Shown: positions 12,403 through 23,151 of the stretch, piece after piece | How the letters are laid out: every line of letters starts with the position of its first letter | Position numbering within the stretch: the first letter of the stretch is position 1 | NCBI GenBank assembly: GCA_016748015.1 | Contig: JAAOMT010000239.1 | Location: forward strand, 220,356-284,355 | Source: Geosiphon pyriformis uo1 | Taxonomy: Eukaryota; Fungi; Glomeromycota | DNA: 64,000 nucleotides | Direction of reading: 5' to 3' | Position numbers and translations under genes: made by a program | Notes under the pieces: generated by a model | What the model was told of the DNA's origin: nothing | What the model saw: only the letters and a program-made list of their open reading frames with translations | The model's database searches: none

Positions 12403-13571
12403 CTAAGAGTCATCTAAATATATAGATGGTAAAAATAAGAAAATAAGAAATTAAAAATTACAAGATAATTATGTATATTCTAACTTTTTAAACGTCTTAC
12501 CTTTAGGGAGATAGACTAATTCTTCCATCCATTTTAATAAATAATAATAATTAAATTAAAGAATTAATCAATACAAAAACACTTTTAAATTAGATCAACT
12601 AACCTTTAGAAAATTCAACCATTTGAGCAGTTAAAAGACGACTTGTATAAACTGCTCCCGGATGAATTATTACCCTTGAACCATTTGTCGTTGAGCTTTT
12701 TGTGTCGTCCCGCTTTATAGTCTTTTTAAGGGATTGAATAGTTTTTGAAAGTTTTGTTCTCCAACCGCTTATTTTAATGAGTATATCTGATTTCATGAGG
12801 TATCTCCACCTTTTAAACTTATTCTATTAAGTTCTCCTAACTTTTTCCTAACTTCTTCAGCAGTAGGACGATTCATAGGATTATCATCCCAACACTTTTC
12901 AATGAGTTTAGCGTAATAAGATGGAATAAGAGAGGATGTGATTTCAGGTCTGGCACCGTTTAAAATGTTCATTATAAGAATTTGGTCATGAGAACGATCA
13001 TAAAAGGGAGGCTTTCCTGTTGCCAATTCCCATAATAACATTCCTAGACTATAAATATCACCAGCCATCGTAAAATTTTCTCCTCTTAAAACTTCTGGTG
13101 GAATGTAAGGAATTACTCCATATATCTTTTTTTCCTCTGTTGTGGTTGCTTCATTTTTTGTGGGTTGACATAATCCGAGGTCACAAATTCGTGTGCCAAA
13201 GAAACCATATTTATATCGGAGGATGTTGCCCGAGTGTAGGTCACGATGAACCATACCAGCAGAATGAATATAACCAAGTCCAGAAGCTATAGACCACGTG
13301 ATTTTTAGTCTTTCAGACCAACTCATAGAATGAAAATTTTTTGATAAGAACTTTCGCATATCTCCATATTGGGCAAATTCCATTATAATTCCATACTCGG
13401 ATGTTTCAGTGATTTGCGTAAGTCCCTTTATTCTAGAAATAAATGATAGGTGCCCACCCTCAATAAATATAGATCTTTGTATATTTAACTATCAAAAGAG
13501 TAAAAGTGAAAGAATGATAATAATTCGATTAAATTAATCAAAATTAAACGTTCAGATGAATATAAATAATA

Positions 13572-13646
<75 letters not shown>

Positions 13647-14177
13647 GTAATTGATTACCTCTTCAAAGACTTCGTCACTGTTTCGCAAAGATGTCTTTAT
13701 AAATTTTATTGCTACTGTATTGATCAATTCTCCCCGATACTCATTTTTTTCTCTTTTATATTCCATTGAACCATGATGTTTTATATTAGACTGATCAATG
13801 AATCCATCAATATAGGTTGCTTTATAAATTGTACCGAACCCTCCCTCTCCAATTTTGCCGATATTTGATAAACGCTCCCAAGGAATCCATTCATAATAAT
13901 TTAAACTACCATTATTAATTCTACTATATTCATCATTAGGTGGATAATAGATTGGAATCTTTATTATTTCATCGACTATTTTGTTGTAGCTTGAAAAGTC
14001 TTTGTAAAGTTTTTCAAAAAATATGAATTTGCATATGGCACACTCATTCCCCCTCCAAACTTCTTGCATGCTTCTTTTACACACTTCACACTCATTGCAA
14101 TCATGACCAATTTCTGGACGAGTTCTTTGAATTTCAAGGCTTTCCATAATGTGGTTAGATAAATTTGAATAAGACAT
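12403..14177 (-). CDS. TKL kinase paralog (kinase B): full catalytic domain, C-terminal tail out of frame
   Basis: Exon 1 is 14177-13659, then intron 13658-13489 containing (TAT)n, then exon 2 from 13488. Motifs GEGGFG, VAIK, HRDLHSGN, DLG. A frameshift near 12825 gives a stop at 12793. The ancestral tail, a 15-nt micro-exon (12515-12501) and the last exon DDS* (12413-12403) are still present. Confidence 0.85.
13565..13650. repeat. (TAA)n microsatellite in kinase B intron 1
   Basis: Direct read; it explains the artefactual poly-Tyr in ORF 13485..14177. Confidence 0.95.
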
Positions 14178-14383
14178 TATGAGAAGAGGGTTTTTTTAAA
14201 AATTTTATTGATACTATTTTTAGAATGTAACAAATTAAAAGGGGAAGTTCGTATTTACGCTATTTCTTAATGTGAATATATGGTTTAACAAATTAATTAA
14301 TAGAATGATTTACTTCTTAACCTTAAAAAGTACTTTTTATTCATCAAACAGGATTATCTATCTATAGTATAAAAATGACTAGC

Positions 14384-16043
14384 TCAATTTCCTTGTAGAA
14401 AAACAACAAACAATTTGGGTTTCGGGGGTGAAGCATTTACTAGTAATAGAAAAGAAATTAGAATAATAAAAATAACAGATTTCTCAAAAGACAATACCTC
14501 ATGTGAATTAATATTTTGGATGTTTCTAAGATATTTCAACGCAAATTTCGTAACCCCACTTCTTTCATGCTTTTGATTTTTCTTATCCCTAAATAGAATT
14601 CTGCCTTTCGTCCATCTACCTTCTTTAACGATACCAAATCCTCCCTCTCCCACTTTTATCTAAAAATATGATCTCGTTGAGAAGAATTTATTCTAGGCAG
14701 CCTCTGCAGCTTTCAAAGATTTCCTGTGTATGATATATATACTCATTAATATTACCATTTTTACTATTCCATGTGTCCCAACTCTTGAAAATCGTGAATA
14801 TTCACAAGATTTACACCAAATTGGATCTTTTAATGTGCTATAACATTCTGAAAATTTAGGCAACCCCGCTTTAAAGATATTAGCACTTTCATTAGTATCG
14901 CAAAATGGACATATAGGAGATCCCCTAATAGCTATATCCAAGTTACCACATTTAAGACACTTGAATTCATCTGAAAGTTGGTCAAAGAAAGCCTCAAAAG
15001 CTAAAACTCTCCTTTAGAATTGCCTGGGGATTTTAAACCTCGATTTTGAAATTGCAAAATGAAACGTTCTAGGTCATTTGATCCTGTAAAGCGAGGTCAA
15101 AGGCATTTATATCAGAAAATTACTTCGATAACTTGAGTAATTTGTCTCTGCTGCTTTCGAATAGATTTCAAAAACTTTTTCAAAGTTTTTTGTGGTTCCC
15201 CATCCATTTTGATAGTACCATCTAAGGTTGTTTTGTGCAATTTGATTTCCCACCTCTGCTACTTTTAAATAGAACTCAAACGGGTCTTCTAGGCTTTTCG
15301 CTATTCCCCATCCATTTCGATAAGAAATTTCAATATTGATTTGAGTGCTCGGATTTTTCACTTTTTCCAGATCATTCACTGTTTGCAGTCCATTTGGATA
15401 ATATCTTCTAAGTCTGATTTGTGCGATAATAAATCCCGCTTCTGCTCTTTTGAATAGAGTTCAAATGCTTTTTCCTCATTTTTCGTCGTTCCTCTTCCAT
15501 TTTGATAACAAAGTTCAAGAGCATATTGTGCAATTGTATTACCCGCCTCTGCTGCTTTTGAATAGAGTTCAAATGCTTCTTCTGAATGTTTCGTCGCTCC
15601 CCATCCATGTTGATAACAAAGTGCGAGACTGTGTTGTGCATTTATATTACCCGCCTCTGCAACTTTTGAATAGAGTTCAAATTCTTTTTCTCCATCTTGC
15701 AAAGTACCAATCCCATGATTATAACAACATCCTAAGAAGAATTGTCCAAAAGAATCTTCTGCATTCGCTGCTTTCCTGAATTCTAAAAATACTTTTGTTA
15801 AATTAGGAATAGCTCCAACTCAACATTCTAAAGAAAACCCGAACAAAGTATAGTCTATCGAACGCTTTAAACTTTTATCATTCAAGCAATTGAATAAGTT
15901 TTCAGGTGTTTTCTGATTGTGCTCAAGGTATATTTCACCAAGTCGGCTGGGAAAATGGTCAAATTTCTTTTCATGACAATCGATGCTCCTTCAAGCCAGT
16001 CGAGAGATGAAGCTGAGTTTTCAATTAATGAAGTTGAAGACAT
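14384..16043 (-). pseudogene. Sel1-repeat / Cys-rich / TKL kinase N-lobe fusion pseudogene, paralog of the gene at 1..597
   Basis: Same start MSSTS..DWLEGA, with a 21-nt deletion and a 1-nt frameshift relative to the 1..597 copy. About 6-7 Sel1 repeats follow, then CLKC..CPFC..SEC..WCKSC, TWNS.N.NI.EYI..TQ..LE*I, GEGGFG, FALKYL and an E|GT donor at 14497. Truncated after that. Confidence 0.85.
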
Positions 16044-18375
16044 GATTTAAATATTTTGTATGGGTAAAGAAGGGTTTTTAAAGAGTTCTTCTTGCTAATA
16101 AATAAGGATTTCAAGCTAGAATCACATTCCCGAAAAGGCTAGGAGTTGAAAAAATCTGAAATGCTAGAAATAGACACTTATTCGCTTATTAAACAGGCTA
16201 ACTATGCTTATGGCTATTTTTAAATGAAAACTTTATTGTGATTACTGGTTTTAATAGCTTATTTATAAATTTTTAAATGCAGAGGGTCTTTTCTAACCCT
16301 CTTACAGGAATTAATGCTCTCGCTTTTATCTTGGATTTCAACAAGTCGATGAAACCAACTTAATTAAAGCATTATTTAGAAACTGCTTTTTAATAAAAAA
16401 TCTGGCAATTAATTGCCATCTATTTTATTCTTTTAATAAGCTCTAAACCAATCACTTTATCAAATGAAGACTAATTTTTTTCTTAATTTTGAAATCTATT
16501 AATGATATCAAAAATTGTTTCCTGCTGTATCCTAAAGTTATTTTTCAAATACGTTTCCCATTCGTAAAAATCATGATTTTTCAGTCAAGTTTTTAAATTA
16601 AATTCTTCTGATTGTATTATAAAATCCTTGTGGTTGAATTCTTTTAACATGTGTATTTTTCATTGGTAAAAATTTAGAAGTAGAAGACTTATTAATGGAA
16701 CCTCTATCCTTTGTCTAGCACCAATTTGTGGTTGTATATATTATAGTCAAGGGTAAAAGCAAATTGTAAACTTTATAATAGAGAGCAATAGTCTGCTTAC
16801 TAATTGACATCAGAAAAACGTGAATATTATTTACATTATTTCGAAATTTAAATAATTATTTTTGAAATTTTTAAAAGAAAATAGTTAAATAGAAAAAGAT
16901 AACTAAAATTCATTATTAATTCAGTTCACTACTCTTATTTATTGGAAATTTGATTTTAATTTGAAATTTATAAGAGTTAAACATTCAATTTCTTATATAA
17001 ACCACGCAGCAGAGACTATAATCTTGTAAGTTAAATAGATTATTCCATTGAATGGTAAACTTTTTATTAAATCTCTAATTTCATAAAGATTTAATTCATG
17101 ATCTTTAAATAAGCCAACGCAAATAATAAGACGAAATTTGTTATTAAATATTTAGCTCTAATGGTGATAAACAGGGAGATTTAGGAATTGTGAAATTTTA
17201 ATATTTCTCGATCATCATTCACGGTTTGACAGGGAATAGATATGAATTTAAAAATAATAATGATAATGGCGGGTAATTTTTTATTTAAAACGATGGTTTT
17301 AGAGTGATTAAATTCATGTTGGGCTAAACAATTTTAAAATTTGAATCGACCTTTTTTGCTCTCCAATTAGCTCTTTTGTAAGAAGCTCCTTGTAAATGAT
17401 ATGGCAGAAGAAATTTTCTTAATACATATAAAATTTTTTATATGCAAATACCTCATTTGCATAATCAATAATCCGAAAGTTAAGCATCTAATAAGATTTT
17501 GATCGAAGCATCCGAAAGCTAACAAAAAGTAATAAAAGTTCTCTATTTTGGTGTTAGGAAAACTAAAAATAACGAAAAATAATTATTCCAATAGAATATA
17601 AATAATTTCAAAAGGTAGGTCTTTTTAATTCGAAATAAAATTATATACTGTTTTTTTACTGTTAAATTTAAAATTAGAAAGAAAAATTTATCTCAAATTT
17701 TTTTCAAAAATTAAAATTTCTATAATGTTGTATTGTACATTTTTTTTGAGTAAAGAAAAAATTTAGAGTATATTGGAATTTGCTTTACGGTTTAAAACAT
17801 TTTGAAGATTTTTTTAACTTTCATTCAGTTTAATATATCTTAGTAGTTACGCTTTAGTTTATAAATCTGTATAAATGCTAAAAAAGTAAAGTCTTGACAA
17901 AACAAAATTTTTTAGGTTATAAAAAATAATATTTTGAATCATATCCTTTTATAATCTATGCCTTCATGAAAGAGGTTTTTAGATGAATTTTAGCAGCATA
18001 GTATTTTTGAAATCTTAACGGTTTTATGTTGCTGTTCTACAAAGACATTGAATTATTGGTTTAAAATAATTCCCTGTTGTACATTGAAATGGCAACAAGA
18101 CAATAGGCAATATTTTTGGCGTTTTGTATACTATAGCTGCTTAATATTTATTCATGGTGAAACCTATGTAGCTAGGATGCTATGTAATTAATTTCAGCAA
18201 GGTTGATAAAATTAGGGAGTAATAATTCAATTAAATTATGCGAAATCTGCGTTTAAAATGCTAAGTTATAAACATACTACAGTTATTAATAAAAGCTTTT
18301 AAAAGAAAGTATTTCTCTCAAAATAATATTTGGTCAACACTTTTTTTGATAATATATTCAAAATTTATTCACATA

Positions 18376-19780
18376 ATGGAAAACTTAAAATGAAAAAACT
18401 CGCATAGAAGATCATGATTGCGACAAGTGTGAATCTTGTCAATCGAGCATTGAATAAATGGGATTAAATAGTTGTAGACTATGCTTGTTCTTATAGCTTA
18501 AAAAACTTTACAAAGCCTTTTCAAGTGGCAATAAAATAGTAGATGAAATTATTAAGAATCCAATCTATATCCAACTTAATGATAAATATCAATATGACAG
18601 AGTTAGTTATTATGAATGGATTAAAGAATATTGATAAAATTGGAGAGGGAGGGTTTGGTACAATTTATCAAGCAACATACTGTAACACATTATGGTAAAA
18701 TGGTTTATAAAAGAAGAGGAGAAAAAGAAGTGGCAATAGAATTTATGAAGGCATCTTTGCAAAACAGCAATGAACTCTTTAAAGAAATATTATTGTATTC
18801 AATTCTTATTAGTTACTTAATTTAATCAAGTAAAAATCATTTTTTTCACTTTGGATAGTTAAATATTCAAAGAGCTATGTTTATTAAGGGTGGATACTTA
18901 TCATCTATCTCTACAATAATAGGACTCACACAAAACATTCAAACACTTGAATATGGGATTGTGATGAACGAGTTGGGAAGCTAAATTAATGAACGCACAA
19001 AATATAGCTACTGGACTTTTAGCAATTCATTCTTCTGGTATGGTTCATCGCGACTTACACTCGGGCAACATCCTACAATATCATGATTTGCTTTCCAAGA
19101 CAAAGAATTTGTGACCTTGGATTATGTCAACCTACAAATTATGAAACAGCAAACAATGAAGCAGAGGATAAAAATATATATGGAGTGATTTCTATACATT
19201 CCACCAAAATTTTTAAGAGGAGAAAAGTTTACTATGACTGGAGATACTTAAAGTCTAAGGATGGTATTATGGGAATTAGCAACAGTAAATCTTCCATTTC
19301 ATGATCATGCTTATAACCACCTTCTTGTAATGGTTATTTTGAATGTTCACAGACCTGAAATTACCTCTCACCTTCTTATGCTAAACTCATCAAACATTGT
19401 TGGAATCCCAATCCATCCAATCAGCTTAATGCTTAGGAAGTTTGTAAAAAGTTGGGCGAACTTTTTAATCTGCATCAGAAAAAGACCACAACTGAGTGGG
19501 TAGAATTAGAACATTACATAAAACAAACTGCGGAAAGCGATAATTCGATAACAAATAGCTCAAGTGTTATAATTCATCCAGGAGCAGTTTATACAAGTCG
19601 TCTTTTAACTTTGCAAATAATTGAAGAAATGAAAAGCTATTTCATTTGATTTATAAATGAAATATTTTTAATTGATTAACTAAATAATTAATTGTTAAAT
19701 TAATATATTAAACATTTTCTTTACTATTTGCAAGAATTAGTCTATTTACCTATAAAGTAAATTAATTAGATAACTCTTAA
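18376..19780 (+). pseudogene. TKL kinase pseudogene (kinase C)
   Basis: Retains HDCDKCESC..CRLC, GEGGFG, HRDLHSGN, ICDLGLCQP and IHPGAVYTSRLL. Has in-frame stops, frameshifts, a lost intron-1 donor and a ~50-nt deletion after GIVM. Confidence 0.9.
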
Positions 19781-21050
19781 TGGGTATAGCTGTATTCGAT
19801 TAATTATATTTTCTACTCATAAATAAAAACTATTTGAAGCTTTACAATTAAATTAATTTTATTATTGGTTACTTTGGCTAATCTTATTCAAGAATGTATT
19901 TGAAACAGCTTTTATTATATTTTAGAAATTAAATCATATCATTTCTTAAAATTTAAATGTGTTAAATTCTTTTTTTATTTATAACAAAAAATATAATTTT
20001 TGAAAAAATAATTATTATTTATAAAATCATTCATTTTATTTTTGGATATCATTTCTTAAAAAACATTTATATATTTATAAAATTTTTTAAAATTCCCTAA
20101 TTATTGATGAATATAAAAAAACACATCATTAAATCCATTATTTGTTCAAAAATTTTTGTTGCATTTCAGTCTTTAAAAAACTATATTAATTTGTACATTA
20201 ATTTATTCAAAAAATTTATTTTTCAAGTTTTTCAAGATTTTAGTTTTCTGATTTATTTGGTTGTAAAAACTTAACAAGATCTTGGCTCTAATAATTTTAA
20301 TACAATAAAAAATAATAATGCTAAGCTAACATTAATAATAAAAGGCTTCAAAGAATAAGTACTTTTTGTTGCAAATAATAATGAACTTTTTAAAAAACTT
20401 ATTAGCTAACTTAAGGATTTTTCTAAAGAAAAGAAATCATCAGAATTTTAATACCTATTTTTAGTTTACAACTTTCTATTTTAGCATGATTTTTTCTATT
20501 AAATCAAAGTAATTTAGAATCAGATATTAAATTCATATTTTATTTGGCTTACTCTTTTGAAACTTCTTTTGTGAAAAATTTTCGGAATAATAACCTAAAA
20601 ACTCTTATGAAGCAAATAATATATTGAAGAAATAAATTAACATCGTTTTTCTGAATATATATTTATTTTAATTAGAAAAAATTATTCATTCAAATGAATT
20701 CCAATTTTTATTAATATGAATTGTGTTTTCAATCTTAAATGGTTTATATTGCATATTGTTATATATACAATATAACAAATCTGTTCATGTTTTTGGGCGC
20801 TCGGAGTATATAATTTAACAAATAAACTTTTTAAAAGTCTAAAGAAATTGGTTTATATATAATAAAGTTGAAGAGTGTTAAATTGTATATTGCTCGTATA
20901 ATTTAAAACCAGATGGCAATGATTCTCAGTATCTGCCGATTGGACATCAACTTTGTTGAACGATGATCAGCTCCTCAGCAGAAGATATAAAAACTACAGT
21001 AATCGCCTGCAAAAGCATTTGATTTTAATCTATTATTCCCAATCACTAAA

Positions 21051-21468
21051 ATGTTAAAAGTTGAATCTAATAAAACAATAGCCTCCACTCTTTACCTATG
21101 CTCAACTTTAATCCGATTAAAAGTTGATAAAAAGGTATTTATTCATAAACCTTCTCTCACAAATCAGATTTAGGAAAATCCCTTTAATTTAATTTTATTA
21201 TCAGCTGGCGCTTCCCTGGGAGAGCCGAGTGTCAGCAAATCAAACACCAGCAATCCCGAAACACATTATAAAAAAAGTTGGTGGAACTTTTTATCGAAAA
21301 TGTAGGACATGGAGCCTTGATGAAATTAAAGCCTTGGATGAAGCACATCAAAAGCATGGTCCGAAATGGCTGTTAATTTCCCAAAAATACTTTCCATCGA
21401 GAACCCCAAAATCTATTGAGCAGAAATGGTATCGCTTTAAAGCTGATAAAAAATATCTAATTGATTAA
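21051..21468 (+). CDS. Small single-repeat Myb/SANT protein (~115 aa)
   Basis: Exons 21051-21134 and 21205-21468 join in frame. WSLDEIKALDEAHQKHGPKWLLISQKYFPSRTPKSIEQKW has the three Myb tryptophans. Confidence 0.82.
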
Positions 21469-21896
21469 CAAAGTTTACCGGAAAACTATTATGTTAAATA
21501 GAAATTTTCTGAATAAATGCTCGAGATTTATTCAATCGGCATTACCATTTTTTAACTCAAGCTAAAAAGGAAACGTTATGAATTTAATGAAACAACATGA
21601 AAGAAATGAGAAGAAATAAGCTATACTTTTAAAAGATATTCTTTCATATACCAAGACGCAATATTACCTGAGAATAAAAGAAGTTCATAATTTTGATAAA
21701 TTGGATCGAATGCCGTAATTGATCTTTTGCATATCATTTTTTGAAAGTATTTCCAAAGCAAAATCTAATATACTCCATCTCAAAGTGAATAATTTAGAAT
21801 TTTAGTTTCTTTGAAAAATTTTTTAAATTGAAGGTCAAGAATTAATTGACCAATTCTTATTATTTTCTAAGAAGCTATAAATCTACTAGTTCTATT

Positions 21897-21989
21897 TCTT
21901 TTATATTTCATTGAACCATAATATTTTATGTTTCTTTAATCAATTAATCTATCTATTATTGCTGTTTTATAAATTGTACCAAACCCTTC
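21897..21989 (-). pseudogene. Isolated fragment of the kinase A/B/C family
   Basis: EGFGTIYKTAIIDRLID*RNIKYYGSMKYKR versus kinase B GGFGTIYKATYIDGFIDQSNIKHHGSMEYKR. Confidence 0.8.
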
Positions 21990-23151
21990 AGTAAGGATCA
22001 GTTTTGTAATTAAAAATGTATGAAAACTAAATTTTAAACTCCAATCCGTAAAACAGCGAAAGATATTTAAAAAATTATTTTTCCAAGCTTATTCAATAAA
22101 AAAAAACATAAATTTCAATCTATAATTCAAAATCTAATAGAGTTATTTAAATTTGGCATATTTTAAATCTTTTTGCAAAGTAAAATAATATATTTAAAAC
22201 ATTTATTTTGATTAACTTCATTTTTTGTATTTTATTTAAACAAAATCATTTTCATTATTTTTATGAAAATTTAGTCATAATATTTTGTTTTAAAAGAAAT
22301 GAATTATTTCTAATTTTTAAAAATAAACTTTAAACATGTTATTATGAAATTTCCAAGCATAAATTCAATACTATTTTGCTTATAATTTAAAAAAATTAAA
22401 AATTCATTTATAAATTTTATTTTTATTCACTATTAAAAAAAATACTAATATCTAATTATTTAGTATTTCATATTTCTGCCCTCTTTTTTCAAATTGTAAT
22501 TTTGAAAACTTGTATTATTCTTGTGCTTATTAATTTAATATTTTGTCCCTTTCATAAACATAGTTGTTTTCTTCTGAATTTTGTTCTGACTGTTTAAATT
22601 TAAATTAGTCTAGGTTAATTAAGTTGTTTTATTCATAATCTTGAAACTAAATTTATATTCGTTAATGGAATGCTTGGACAATTTAATTGGTAAATTGGGT
22701 CGTACTTGATTATTACTATTAATGCTTAAAGTATGCTTTTCTTAATAGAAATTTATTTTAGGCCCTAAAATAACTTTATAACAGCTTATTTTTTCATAAC
22801 CTTATAATTGAACTTTCTGTTGAGATTCCAATAGGATGAATAGTTGTTTCATGATACTAAAAGCAAAACCAGAAAGATACTAGCTACAACATAATTTGTT
22901 TGTTTTACACTTTGGGAATCGTACCGAAAGAAAATCTCCATTGTTGATTATATAGAATCAAGGTTAGTGTCACGTGAAAGTGGACATCATTTTTGACTAC
23001 AACTAATATCGTGTGTTACTGAAACGTGACTTGACATATAGTGAGAAAAATAAATGTTTTTTCAACATGATAATCATCGCAAACCAATTTCTGCAGCCTT
23101 TTTTTTTCGAATTCAGTGTTACCTCGATTTTGAATTGATTAACTCTTAAAC

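Noticed and set aside
13485-13658. Poly-Tyr stretch in ORF 13485..14177
   Set aside because: Read-through into an intron containing a (TAT)n microsatellite.
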